Shown: positions 46,742 to 62,562, numbered from the stretch's first letter. The stretch: DNA of 64,000 bases from the human T2T-CHM13v2.0 reference genome, Homo sapiens (GCF_009914755.1 NC_060925.1); one strand, 5' to 3'. Made by a program: numbers and translations. Notes: generated by a model from the sequence alone, not told the origin.

Positions 46742-47269
46742 TCATTCAACATCTTCTTCTTCTATTTTGGTATGCTCTAGGACATGTACCTCTCTTTCAG
46801 GTAGTAACCCATATTCATTTAGGAAAGACTCCACATCCCCAGCAAAAAATTCTTCAGCAAACTGTTCAGCAACACTAATAAAATTGCTTATGAGTTCCCC
46901 ACCTTTATAGATGAGCAGTGTAGGAAGTACATCTAAGGAAAAGCGGTCCCCAGCACCTGTATTCGAAGCTTTTATTTTACAAAACTTAACTATAGGGTAT
47001 TCTGCTGCAAGGCATGTTAAACTACTGTTTAGAGCATCACAACCCTTAATACCATCTTCATAAATGTGAACAACAATTGTGGTGATCTTCAGTTCCTTTT
47101 CAATTGTTTCTAGGAATTGCTTTCCAGTTTCCAGCTCATACACAAACCCATATCTAGGCCCAAAACTCAGCTTCTGGTGCATATCCTGCATACACTGTCT
47201 ACGGTATTTACGAAGGCAGTTTTCATCCTCTTTCTCTTTATGGATTAGTTCATATTCTTGAATGCTCAT
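46742..47269 (-). CDS. PDC: PDC phosducin exon 4 (M72-E246, thioredoxin-like domain)
   Basis: [13 protein letters not shown]...EEEDVE*; acceptor ttctcag| immediately before the ATG codon. Confidence 0.97.
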
Positions 47270-47624
47270 CTGAGAATAAAGAAATGATAGAAATTATTAA
47301 GTCAGAAGTTTTATTCCTTAGATATACCAAGCCCATTCTCAACCGAAGGAGTGTACTTTTGCTCTTTTTTTTCTGCCTGGACCACCTACCTTTCACTCCT
47401 GATGTGCCTTTCTCTTTCACCTCATTGAAGCTTTTGTTTAAATGTCACCTTCCTTGATTACTTTACCTAAAAAGGTCCCCATCTCACACTCTCCATCTTT
47501 ATGCTGGTTTATTTTCTTTATAGCAACAAACACTATTATATCTTATAACTTACTGATTTTTTTGAATATCCAAAAAATTCAAGTAAGACAGCTTTTCCTA
47601 CTATTTGGAGTTCATCAGATCATC

Positions 47625-47790
47625 CAAGAGGTTAATTTTTGGACCAGCAGCATCAGCATCACTTGGGAACTTCTAGGAAATGCAAATATTTGGGCACCAC
47701 CCTAGGTTTACTGAATTAGAACCTATAAGAGTGAGGCTAAGTAATCCATATTTTAACAAGCCCTCCAGGGTATTATTATTCACTAGTTTG
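47625..47790. mobile_element. MER5A
   Basis: ggaccagcagcatcagcatcacttgggaactt...ttttaacaagccctccagg. Confidence 0.8.
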
Positions 47791-48268
47791 GGCTGAAGTA
47801 AGAAAAGGCCCAAATTCCATTTTCTAAGATAGCTACTTTTCATTGCAGTTGGAATAAAAAGTCACCTGCAGGGCCTTCCATAATAGCTACTCCATTATTA
47901 ATGTATTTAACAGAATATTAAGCACCTATTCCCCCAACCAAAAAAGAAAAAAAGGTATAAAGGAACAATGGGGCATAGTGTGATTAATAGATGTGGAGCA
48001 GCTCAGAACCATGGATTTTTAAAGTAGAGGAGAATTGAGAACACGTGAAACTAATGTTTATGAAAAACATACCAGGTGTTGGGTACTTCACGTAGATTAT
48101 GTTATCTAATCCTTACAGATAACCTCTGAGGTAGGTACTATTAGTGTCATTTTACAGAAGACACTGAGATTTAAGTTAAGTAAAAGTTTATGATGCTTTC
48201 ATTACTTCTTTCTTTTGCTTCTGTTTCTTATATTTGTTTCCCTAATGTCCTCATTCTTTTCCTTATCA

Positions 48269-48648
<380 letters not shown>

Positions 48649-49188
48649 CTATAGTTCTGTTAATTTAACAGATCAAACCACACAAATTTGACTTGAAGAT
48701 GTATTTGAGCATTTATATGAAAACTTGTTTCATTCACATATTCAGGCATATGGATATGTAGGCATTCAGATACATTTCCAAAGTTTAACCTTAGCATAAA
48801 ATTTTTAATAGTGATTATGTGTTACATTTGTGTAGTATTTTACATGTTTCAAAATAGTTTTACATTTATTTTTTCTTTACATGTTTTCAAAACAAGTGGA
48901 GCAGGTTTGTTACAATTCCCCAGATGGAATTCTCTGTATGTTGCTTTCTCATATTGTGAAACTATCTCTAGGTCAGCTCATGTATTCGTAACGAATTCTT
49001 TTCATAACTGTACCTGTTCTTAGTATAGAATGCCACAATAGGTGTTCACTTCATTTCCATTTTTTTTTGCCAGCGTAAGCAATATTGTAATGAATATATT
49101 TTGTAATAGTCTAAAGTGATTCTCTAGATTGATTTAGATTAGAAAACACATTGTAAATTATTTATTACTGCTTTTTGTATTATCTTAC

Positions 49189-49340
49189 CTTTCTGCTGAC
49201 TCGTTCCTTTGAATCTTTGCCATTCCTACTCTGAGGAGAAGACATTTGCCTGAGAATCTCCTTCTTGCTAGGTGGAATTGAATCACTGTCTTGACTCTCT
49301 AATTTAAACTTTCTCCAATCATTTATTACTCCTTTGGGTC
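49189..49340 (-). CDS. PDC: PDC exon 3 ([51 protein letters not shown])
   Basis: ttcattccag| acceptor, AAG|gtaaga donor; 152 nt; phosducin [10 protein letters not shown] Gbeta-gamma-binding motif. Confidence 0.96.
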
Positions 49341-49825
49341 CTGGAATGAAATTAAAAATAAATTGTTTTCCTTTTTATTTTCAAAAGGACTGTTGGCATA
49401 ATTGAAATTTGTGTAAGTATTGTCATGGAATAAACTTATTGTCTCCTGCATCAGAAACAAACATCTTGTTTGGACTAGAAATTTCTGACTGCCCTGCTCA
49501 TAAAAATATGCTCCCACATTAATCTTGTTAAATGGGTTTTGGTAAAGGATATTTCGGAAACATTTGTACTAATGAAAATATAAATTATGCACTTTGAACT
49601 ACTGGCAAAAGGTTGGGGTTAATATATTTAAAAATTAGAGTCCTGATAGGATACTAGAATTTTGGAAAAAATAGCACTTTTATTACCTAAGAAAAAAACT
49701 TCAGCAACAAACTAAAATTGGCATTACAGTATTAATAAAGGAAACTGGGAATGTTGGGGAAACAAAATAACAATAGTATATAAAAAACAACTGGTGAGCA
49801 GGGGGCCTGACCTCAACAAAACTAA

Positions 49826-50224
<399 letters not shown>

Positions 50225-50579
50225 TAAGTAAAACTAATTAAATGAAGGATGATTCAACTGGAATTCTGATATTCAGTTGACCTGATGACTAACAACGTTA
50301 TTCATTTAAGAAAGTCTTAAATTCTTTAAAACAAGGAATATTAAACTGACTATCCTTCACTAAAGCTTAGCTATATCTACACCTTTAATGTCCATATTCT
50401 ATATCATATTCTATATGTGGATGTATTCCTTCTTTCTCCTCTATATTGCCTAATAATTTTTGTTTTATATATGATATATATTTAATATAAATTTGTTATG
50501 AATGTGTTTATATTATATGCAGGCAATCAAAGCTTTTTGTTTTCACATACAGTGTTCATATCAATATTTTAGATATGTT

Positions 50580-51480
50580 TTATGCATATGCAAAATATAC
50601 ATGTGTGTATGTTTGTTTAAAAAAGAGAATCCATTTTGTTCGTGTTTTCTACAGATGGTGGTGTATTATCTGCATTTTTCCTTACCTTGTTTTTTCTGTT
50701 TCATACTATATCTTGGAGATTTTTTCAGTATACACACATGAAAAGGTTCTTCCTTATTTAGAAAATTGAGGCATGGTGTTCCATTGTGTAGATATACATA
50801 ATTGACTTAAACTGTTTAATCGTGATCTACATTGTTGTTTCCAGTTTTTTCTATGACATATGATGCTGAGTGAAGAATCTTGTGCATACATTTTTAACAC
50901 TCTGTGCAGGTATAGTTATGGTTATATAAGTAAAATTCCCTGGTCAAAGGGCATATACATTACTAATTTTGATATTGCTAGGTTGCCTGTACAGAGATTG
51001 TACCAATTTACACTGCTATCAGCAATGTATGAGGGTGCCAAAAATGTGTTATTAAACTTACTTGCTTTCACTATAGTTTTCTGTGTTACTTTTTTCTGTT
51101 TCTTTTTTTCCCCATGAATAGTCTGTCCTATCTTTTGCTCATTGTTCTATTTGGTAATTAGTTTCTTTTCTTATCGATTTGTAGAAGCTCTTAATATATA
51201 TTAGGAAACTGACACTGTCAACTGAGTTGCAAATGTTTTTCCCCAATTTGTTAAATGCTTTTTGACTTTTGTTCCTGGTGACCTTTACCAGACAGCAGAT
51301 ATTTCCTTCCTTTTTTTCCCTGTCTCCTACTTTCCCTCCATCCCTTCATCCATCCATCCTTCCTTCCTTTTTATAAATGAATTTACCAACCTTTTCTTCA
51401 ATGGTCTTTTTGTTGTTGTTTTTGTTTTTGTCATAATTAGGAAGGTATTCCTCACATTGCTATTATAAAATAAATCTCCA
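50580..51480 (-). mobile_element. L1ME-like 3' fragment
   Basis: gtaccaatttacact...cagcaatgtatgagggtgcc. Confidence 0.6.
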
Positions 51481-52161
51481 CACATTTTGGCTGGTACTCT
51501 TGTGAATTCTTTCAAACTTCTGGCTAAATTTAATGGCTCAATCCAAATTAAAAGAGAGAGGAAATTACCATTCAAATAAGATTTAGTAGAGTTAAATGTG
51601 AATTTTTAAATTTAAGTTTTAAGCTCTTAGGAGTGGCATATAGATAGCCAAACATAATTTAACAGATTAAGAAAACAGACTCTGGATGAAATGAAGTGTT
51701 AAGTTTTCTGGAGGAATACTGAAATTTATTTATTCAAAAAAATAAAGGGAATATCTTATCATTCCCTTTATTAGATGAAAAAAATGAAATTAAAGGCCAT
51801 TTATTAACCTTTTGGTCTAATCTTGTTTACAATGAAAGTTCATACTGAGGGTGGGGTACAATCAGGAGAGAGGAAAGTGGCTTAATTATAGTGTAGATAA
51901 GAGGTCTTGTGATAGCTGGGCAGCAAGAAATTACCAGTAATTGGTGTTTTTGTTTTTTTACTCTTTGACATCTAAATAAAACTGTTAGGAATTATTTGAT
52001 TTCAAAAATTAATTTGCCCGCTCAAATATTTTTTAGATTAGCATAACAATTTATATAAAGATATTACTTAAAGTACATACTGAATAGTGTCAATAAGAAC
52101 ATTAGATATTGCCATATTTAATTTTAATTTAATAATTATTTTTTCTTCTAGCTTTGCTTGC

Positions 52162-52222
52162 CTGTATGTGTGGCCTGTCCTTCAAAGTCTTCCTCCAAAC
52201 TTTGGCTTTTGGCTTCTTCCAT
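52162..52222 (-). CDS. PDC: PDC exon 2 coding part (MEEAKSQSLEEDFEGQATHT-G); whole exon 52162-52246
   Basis: ATG at 52222; acceptor ctcctatag| at 52247; donor CAG|gcaagc (GC); 61+152+528 nt = 246 aa plus stop. Confidence 0.95.
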
Positions 52223-53090
52223 TTTAGGGACTGGATTTGATATAATCTATAGGAGGAACAAAGAAATAATAATGACACAAGAATTCCAGGATGTACATAC
52301 ATATATATAGAGATAAATATATAGGTACATGCATATTTATAGTCTCCTGCTGCCAGATTCCATAAGTAGGCTAAGGATAATCACTCAGTGGTAAAGTAAG
52401 TGGTAAAGTATTTAGAATGTTTCTGTCCGCAATGTAAAAGGACATTAATTTAACATGTGTTATTAAAGATGTCTGGACTTAAGGATTTTATATAATTCAT
52501 CATTTGTCTTTTCTTAACTCAAGCCTTCCAGTTAAGTCTATGTGGTTAGTGAACATTATTTATTACTGATTTTCCTAATTTCCTAATATTATGTGAAATT
52601 TGAATATATGACGTAATATATGTTACTTATTTCATATAATAAAAATTAAATTAATAATTATATACTTGCTATGAACACTATGTGTCAGGCATTGTTTAAA
52701 TTATTTTATGTGTCAAAACTCATTTAATTCTCACATAGCTATATGTGGTAGGAACAATTGTTAATGACATGTTGTAACCGAGGAAGCTGAAGGGCAGAGA
52801 GTTTAAGTTACTTGCCCAAGATCATACAATAAGTGGTGGAGCAAAGATTTGAACCTACATTTTCTGACTTTGGAGCCAACTCTTAATCATTACACTATTA
52901 TGGAAATTAACATTCTATAATAGAGTCATTTTTCTCAGTATGATTTGGCAAATCAAATCTTTGAATTGGCATTAAAAAATGATGGTCTAAGGAACACTAT
53001 TCAATAGCATCTCTCCATACCATGGGACAAGTTTTCATGACAACAGTAGCCACCAAGCAAATGGAAATAGCCAGTAGGTAAGCCTATAGT

Positions 53091-53423
<333 letters not shown>

Positions 53424-55002
53424 TAGAAAATCACTAAAAGCACTTGGATTTTTATTCATACGAAACTCCTTGGTGCCCGCATGTAGAATCTATTCTTTCA
53501 TTCTATCTGGTTCACACTCATATCAAATCTATTTCCTTTTTTAGCTTTGGACTATCCAGAAAACTCAATTATTATACATACTAACATATTCCCTCAGGGG
53601 TCCATATAGTTGTGATTTTCCTGAAGTTTTCAAGTCAGGGAGGATATACTAATCGTAGATAAACTATCTTATTTTTATACTTTATTCTTTCACTTTTTTT
53701 GCTTTGCCTCCTTCTTTCGAAGTCAGTTTTAGGCACTATATCGCACAGTTTATACTTTGAAACTCATCTTAGTTTTCTATTGATTTACACTTCAATCCTG
53801 CATTTGGTCTGTGTGGTGCTTTCCCAAGGCGCAGGGTGGTAACACAGAACTCTTTCTTGATTTCTCTTTTGCCTTTACCTTTGGTCTCAACACTTGGACT
53901 GGTCCTGTAATTTTGTTTCTCTTTTTGCAATCCCTATCCAGAATCACTGGAGGTCAAATGTCTTTGCCAATTTGAGTTTTTCCACTTGAACAAGAAAAGA
54001 CTGTCAAGGGAAAGCCAATCAATTTCACAATGTTTAGGTAAGTATAAATGTAATAAAGAATATTACATTTGAATGGATTTAGTAATTAAAAAGCATAATG
54101 GAAAATGGAAAGTAAAAACTGCTGTACAGAAAAGCCATCTTATTACTTAGTGTAATTATTTATGAATAAATTTTGCATCTCAAAAGACATGAAAATTTTT
54201 ACTTCGAAAGAAAACTACAAAACAAAGAAATGGAAATTTATTTGATAATTTCAATAGCTTTTCAGTTCCCAGAAAAATAGAGACTCAATCCAGTCTCTTT
54301 ACTTTTTAAGACTGGATTGTTAATTTGGGGTAGCTACTATTCTCAGTAAATATACATAAGTTCAAGAAAATCTAAAAATAATTTTATTTCAGATGCTGAA
54401 GATACAGGGCACAGCTTCCTTCTTGAATTGCTTGTTGTTTACCTAGTTGACAATCTACTGGGAAAAAGAAATTCCTTTTCCAGAAAAGGTTTTCACCAAT
54501 TTCAAGGAATCCTTTAATGAAAAGATAATCCAGTTACTTAGGACAAAATGTATTTGTTGATTGGATTAATATATGTTGAGAATAGACTATATGCTAGGCA
54601 TTTTCCTGGGCTCTGAATTACATGAAGAACAAAACTCTTCCAGTATGGTGCTCACTAATACTAAGACTTAAATCAACTGGGTTGCCTGTTTAAGTAAAGG
54701 ACAGAGTCCATCCTTATCTAATGCCTCCATTTGAGTTAGAGTACAAGGATTGGCAAAAATTGCTACTGTTTACTGCCAGGGAAGCAATGAACAGATTGAA
54801 AGAAAAATATTAAGACATGAGTGTGTTTGTTTGCACTGCTTAAAGCACCTAGAGGAAGACACAAGTAGAATATTATGAGCCATTAATAGATTTCATCTAC
54901 CTTCCTATTAATTTATCCTGTCACCAACTCACTCTGGGGTTTTCTGATTATCCCAAAAATCTTATCTTTTTCAAAATGTACACATTAGCATCATACAATT
55001 AA

Positions 55003-55301
55003 TTTTTTTTTGTCTTTTTTAGACAGAATCTCACTCTGTTGCCCAGGCTGGAGTGCAGTGGCATAATCTCCCCTCACTGCAACCTCTGCCTCCCAGGTTC
55101 AAGAATTCTTGTGCCTCAGCCTTCCAACTAGCTGGGATTACAGGCATGGGCCACCACACCTGGCTAATTTTTGTATTTTTAGTAGAGATGGGGTTTCACC
55201 ATGTTGTCCAGGCTGGTCTCGATCGCCTGACCACAAGTGAACCGCCTGCCTTGGCCTCCCAAAAGTGCTGGGATTACAGGCATAAGGCACCGTGCCCAGC
55301 T
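55003..55301 (-). mobile_element. AluS
   Basis: Full-length antisense Alu. Confidence 0.9.
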
Positions 55302-56914
55302 GGTACAAGTAATTTAATTGAAATATTTGCAAGGTGCTTCAATTTCGGCACATAATAACTGCTCTATGAGTCTGTTAGATAAAATAAAAATACATCTTTT
55401 ACATATGTGTATGCAATATATCAGTCATTTAAAAAATATAAACATTTCATTTACAATGCTATTATTTCATGGTTAAAAGATTTCATGTCTACTTTAGGCT
55501 GAAACATTTAAAATGACAATAGGATTATTACAGGTCTTTGGGTAAGCACATCTTTGTGTGATTGGAAATTGGTAATAAAGTAAGGCAAGAAGGCAGAAGG
55601 TAAAAATCTTGCCTTCACCAAGATTTACTTTGGTTCAAATGAATTATTTTCCACATCACATAATTATGAAAATCTGTGATTTTGTACTTTTTTATTTTAA
55701 ATAGTTATAATACTGTTTCAATGAAAACCTGTGTTAAGTAAAAATTGTATATGGATCCTTTGACAGAATAATGTGCATTTAAAAGAATTTTATCACCCTC
55801 TTCGAAAGTAATAGTAAAAGCTAATATTGGTGAGAAATACAGCTTAAAATAGAATTTTACCAAGTTAGGGTTTTATTTTCCTCTTAATTTAGGTTTTTAA
55901 TAATTTTAAATAGTACTTTATATAGGATAACACTTCTCAAATCTTGTCCTCAAAATTCTAACACCTCCCAACTATGGTTTAGTAATTACCAAGAAATAAA
56001 ATGATTCAAATATAAATGGTCCTGCATGTTGTTCCTGTTTCATTTATGATAGCGATGATCTGGAATACAAAGGAAGTGAGTAAAATTTTTACGCATTAGT
56101 TTTAAAAGACTCTTTTAAAAAAACAAATCTACCCCTAAACATTTCATTATCGTCATTATCATTGGTCACATGACAATTGTTAGTCACTTCAAACCTGTTT
56201 AATCAGAATATCTAGTTTTAAATTAACTTGTATATTCTCAGTATTGCTTAAGAAGAGCTTAGCTTTCAAGACTAGCTATTGTAGTTTATTGGTAGATTTT
56301 CAAATAGTTGGGATTATCTAATCACTGTATGATATAGACTGACTTCTCTCCTAGCATCCACAACAACTTATAGCATTTATTTTTACATGTTTTGCTCCAC
56401 TATTGTAAATTCTTTGAGGATGGAGGCAATTTTTTACTTCTTGTTGTACCTCTTATAATCGTTTCATACATTGTAAATACTTCATAAATGACAGTGGCAA
56501 ATTTTAAAGAACCTACTATGTGCGGGGTACTCTAGATACTATTTTTAATCCACACAAAACTATTATCCTTGTTTTTCAGAGGTGAATTGTAGACTCTGAG
56601 AGATTGAGTGACTTGCCAGAGCTCACAAAGGTAGTATAGAGCCAGGTTTCAAATCTCTGACTCTCAAATCTCCAAAATTTCTATTTTTTCCATTACGCCA
56701 TTCCACTTCAATAAAATGCTTAATGAATGAATGTGTTAACCAAAGAAGCCGACCTAATTTTTTTGTATATGCATTAAAACCAAGATGAGGAAATGGAAAG
56801 CAATAAATCACCATGTCTCTAAATTCCTTGAGACAGTACTTATTTGAATGATATATTTTCGCTTTGGATTAAACCTCATTAGTTTATACTGAATGTAATA
56901 GAAGAGTCTGTTTA

Positions 56915-56918
56915 TTTC

Positions 56919-56950
<32 letters not shown>

Positions 56951-57237
56951 TTTTGAGACAGAGTCTTGCTCCGTAGCCCAGGCTGGAGTACAGTGGTGCG
57001 ATCTTACTCACTGCTACTTCTGCCTCCCGGGTCCCTGTTCAAGCAATTCTCCTGCCTCAGCCTCCCAAGTAGCTGGGATTACAGGCACACGCCACTATGC
57101 CCAGCTAATTTTTGTATTTTTAGTAGACACGGGGTTTCACCATGTTGGCCAGGCTGGTCTTGAACTCCTGACCTTGCGATCCACCCTCAGCCTCCCAAAG
57201 TGGCTGGGATTACAGTCGTGAGCCACCGCACCTGGCC
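56915..57237 (-). mobile_element. AluS
   Basis: Full-length antisense Alu. Confidence 0.9.
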
Positions 57238-57814
57238 TATTTCATGTTAATGGAATTAATTTTAACTGACTAATAACGACTCTGGAAGGTCAGTATAAAA
57301 GACATACTGTTGGTTTTTGACAATCATATGAATTCACTGAGAACTTATCATCAGTCCTGCATCTCTAGGTCATTTGTAAAAGCAAGTGTAATATGCAGTA
57401 TGCATCAATTATACATAAAAGTAAAGCTAGGAAATGTTCTTTATAGAACTACTCTTACATGTGGCCAAATTATGGAACCATTACACTGTGAGCTTTGTGT
57501 GGAGATTTATATTGTAAAGTGAGATATTTCACTCATGGATTCATATCAACCAATAAAAAAATTAATCCTATATTCCAAACAATAGTATTTGATTTTTAAA
57601 ATGTATTTGAAGTTACAATTCTACAGATTCAGGGATTTTTAAGATCAATTTCTAAAATAAGTCTATTTGTTTCTTAAGCTTTTTATGATCTAGCCCAAGT
57701 TTTGTATAAAATCTCAGTGTGTGGCTTATGTTTGAAAACTAACACTTCATTCTCTCAAACTTTCTGCCACTCTTCTATTTGTCAGAAGTCATAAATAAAC
57801 ACAGTTGCTAGGTA

Positions 57815-58151
57815 CCTTTGTCTGCTAGGGCTGCTATAACGAAATATAGACTGTGTGGCTTAAAAAACAGAAGTTAATTTTCTCATAGTTCCAGAGGCTA
57901 AAAGTCTCTAATCAAGATCTAGTAAGGCTGGTTTCTGGTGCCGGCCTTCTTCCTGGCTTGCAGATGGCTGCCTTCTCACTGTGACCTCACATGACAGAGA
58001 GTGGGTTAGCTCCCCGGTGTCTTTTCTTGTAATTCTATGGGATCAGAGCCATACCCTTTGACCTCATTTAACTTTAATTTCTTCTACAAAGCCCCTATTT
58101 CTAAATACTGTCATATTGGGGGTTAGGGGCTCAATGTATGAATTTTGAGGG
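57815..58151 (-). mobile_element. MLT1A-like solo LTR
   Basis: gggctgctataac...cttcctggcttgcagatggctgccttctc...gacctcatttaact. Confidence 0.8.
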
Positions 58152-58442
58152 AATATAATTCAGTTCATAGCTCCTGGTTCTGACTTTTGCAAAGAATGAC
58201 TTTACACTGATGCTGTCCACTATTTCTCTATCTCCATAGCCTGCCTTTTCTTTAATTTCTAAAGCTTTGAGCCTCTGGATTTTTCAGGGTTCCCCACCTA
58301 CCCTTTAAAATTGCAGTTAGGGAAATGAGGCATACCTAAAATTAACTCTTTCATTTTTTTTGACTATTCACTAGTTCTTTCCATGCCTGTGGACCCCCAA
58401 TCCTGGGATGCCACAGAAGAGCCCACAAAAATATAGGCCAGT

Positions 58443-58814
<372 letters not shown>

Positions 58815-61599
58815 TTAGGCAATACAAATGCCAGTTACTTATTTGGCCAGTTACTGGCTTGTTTTGATGTTAAGGAAAATAATAGTATTCTATACTAACT
58901 GCAGTAAAATTAAGGGTATTGCTCTAAAAAAGTAAATCAGAAAAGTGGTACACAGATTTAGTATACAGCATATATACTCACTTTAGTCCAGGTCAGATCA
59001 AGTAACTAGTAGAACATCTAAAAAATATATCACATGCAATGTTTTCCACACAGAGAAAAAATATTTTTAGCATTTCAATAACTGTTACTATCCCTAGCAA
59101 ACTAAAAGGTTGATGCTCAGTAGAAACAATAGATTTTATTTAGAAGGGTTGAGGTTCAAGTAAATGTATCCTTATTCCTTTTTTCTTTTTGCAAATTATG
59201 ATGAAAGGCTTTCGCAGTCTTATTCTCATACTGGTCTCCCCAAGTACAAAGTAAAGAAATTAAACAGCCAAACATTAAATTATCTATTTACCTATAGCAT
59301 ACCTGACATCTTTCCATGGATGTACAAAATGCAGAAAACATAGAGCATTGAAGTAGCTCCAGTGTAAAATTTTCAGAGTAAGATTGTTTTTTGTTTTGTT
59401 AAATTTAAAATAAACAATATTTTTTCTTTCGTTTACATGAGAGCATATATTCATATTCCCTTTTGGAAACACATAGAATAAGAAACTGTTTCAGAGAAGG
59501 TGCTGCACTAAAAAGGCATTGTAATGACTGAACATGATTAAACATGGGATAAAAATAGCAGACTGGAAATCAAGTACGGAAGTGAAATGCCTCTTAAATC
59601 AACTGAAGTGAAATTTAGTAAGTTATCTATCTTGAAGGCACTACCTGGCACATACTATGCTTTGAGATGGCTAAAACTAAGAAAAACTGCTAAGTGGGCA
59701 AAATTGACAGACATTCTACTTCATTCTATTGCTAGAAATCTACATTTGGTATCTTGATCTGTGCCCCACGGAGTGTCACACTGTGTTCTAGTCACCCTTG
59801 CAGGGCTTTACGTCCTACTTTTCTCTACCTCTAACCATACATCTCCTTAGGTCTCTGCTTTCCTGTTTTCTAAGGTGACTGTGAGCTAATCTGATCAACT
59901 AAGCTAAGCTAATATGCTCACCAATACAGACACATTAATATGAAGTGTTTTAACCCCTTCCAAGAATATCTTCCCCAATGTCATATTGGACTCTATAGAA
60001 AGCAGTTGTGCCTTTCCTTTCTTGTTAAAATAAATTATCAGTGGTGAGAATTTCATATCAGATAGGTTTGACAACACCATGTCAGATCATGAAAGTATTA
60101 CTGGGCTTGTGGAGACTTTCAGTGTCTCCACAAGAGACACACAGGGGATTTTATGCCTCATAACAATTAATTTCTTGAATTAATTGGAATTGGAAAATGG
60201 GAATGATTATTTAATTTGAATGTAGCATACTTGTTTTCCAATGAATTGTCTTCCCTACCCATGATTTTGCGGATCATAAGTGATTTTCTGTTTGATTTTC
60301 CCTTTTGCATTTATGTTGTAATGCTTTATATATCTTTTCTGAATTTCAGTTCTCTAATGGAGTAAGACAATACTTAGGATTTTTGTTGCCACCTTCAGTT
60401 ATGTTAGTTGTTAATTTTGGGATAGGTCAATTTTTACATTTGGTGGTATCATAATAAGAGTTTTCTTTAAAATTAAATTTTGGGACGCATGAGTGGAATA
60501 CAGGACACATGGTCCTCAAAATGGCTATAACAAATTAGAAAATTGTTGGCAGTCAGCAAATGTTTGTTTTCTTTCTTTTAAATACAAAACATTCATCCTG
60601 ATGCTGTTGAAAATTTTCCTTACTTTATGCCTGACTTCCCCCCACTCCCAGTATCTAGATAAAGTTCATAAGAACTTTGATAGAAAAACTATGATAGAAA
60701 TTTTGATATAAGACACTATAGAACTGATGTAATATTTTCTGTTTCTACCCTACTCAAATAGTTTTGCTTTTTCAACAAATGGGACTGGGCAGGGGAGTTG
60801 TAGGGAGCCTTTTAAACAATTAGTATGTCAGGAATGCATAGCAAATATCAATTTCCTATCTGTTATCCTGTATCATCAGTAAAAAAAAATTTACTCTGGA
60901 AATATGAGCTTTAAAAGTCATAACTGAATTCTTGTTCCTAGTGAAAAGACATCCACCTATCCAAGTTTGCTATTATGACATACAGATATTCTTTTTTTTT
61001 TTTTTTTTTTTTTTTTTAGAAAGAAGGTTGAGACAAGAGCACAACTTTTAATACAAAATAAAAAGAATTAAGTGGCATCTGAGACAAAAAATTAGGGAAC
61101 TAAAATAATTCAAAGGAAAGAGAAAAAGTCTTGGTCATGTTTGCCAAGCTTTGAATATTAGACCTTGCTTTTTTCCCAGAGATTGTCAGTGCACGCTGGT
61201 TGTGCAATATCAACCAGGATTAGGCAGGTGTGGGAGCCACAGAAGCCACTCCACCACACTTTTAAGTCATTTCATTAGAGTCGCCTCAGAAGTCCTGGTG
61301 AGACAATCCTAGGAGTCCTCTTTGGCTGTCTTGCTTGATATTCTCAAGCAAGTCCATTCTGCTAGACGCCTGCATCTGGGTACTCCTCCCTTTTTAACTC
61401 CAGTCCCCACAGGGTCATTTAAGAAAATGTATGCATGTTTCTGATTCATAACTATATTATGATGATTATTCTTATAAACCCTTTTGACGTCTAAAAGCCT
61501 TAGAGCCACTCAACAGTCCTGTTTGGGCCAGTCTCCTGGAATATGAGAAAAGATGAAGAATGGGAGTGTTATGGAGGGCATACGCCCCTCTGATCATCA

Positions 61600-61986
<387 letters not shown>

Positions 61987-62056
61987 TCAGGCCCTAGATT
62001 CTAAGATCCTGCTTTGCAGATCTGAAGTGGGACCCAGGAATCTTTAACAAGCTCTA

Positions 62057-62206
62057 AGCCTGCCGAGTGCCTGCGATTGCAGGCACGCGCCGCCACGCCT
62101 GACTGGTTTTGGTGGAGACGGGGTTTCGCTGTGTTGGCCGGGTCTCCAGCCCCTAACCGCGAGTGATCCGCCAGCCTTGGCCTCCCGAGGTGCCGGGATT
62201 GCAGAC
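62057..62206 (+). mobile_element. SVA Alu-like domain fragment
   Basis: gcctgccgagtgcctgcgattgcagg...taaccgcgagtgatccgcc...gaggtgccgggattgcagac, SVA-specific text; 14 intact CpGs. Confidence 0.9.
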
Positions 62207-62506
62207 ATACAGATATTCTTTTACTTGTTCTGGAGAAAATAGAATTTTAGAAATTCATAACAGCCATCTTTTTTAAAGTATCTGTTTATCTTGTAAATAT
62301 ACATATTCCTGTACATATTGTTTGAATTCCATTACAGACATTATTATGAATGGTTCATATATATTTTGATAATGACTTATATAATATCAAATCCACTTAT
62401 AAACATAGTATTTGGGCAGAAATTGTCATGATGAATTAGATGATCTCTAAAGTTTTTTCTAGCTTTAATATGAGGTGATTCTAAGTAGCAGGTACAATGG
62501 ACAATA

Positions 62507-62562
<56 letters not shown>
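62507..62562. repeat. (TG)n(TA)n microsatellite
   Basis: Seen directly. Confidence 0.95.

Noticed and set aside
46742-47269. Processed phosducin pseudogene
   Set aside because: Upstream exons with valid splice sites reconstruct an intact 246-aa gene
62057-62206. Ordinary antisense Alu or CpG-island promoter
   Set aside because: Contains SVA-specific text and is only 150 bp; explained by the composite insertion
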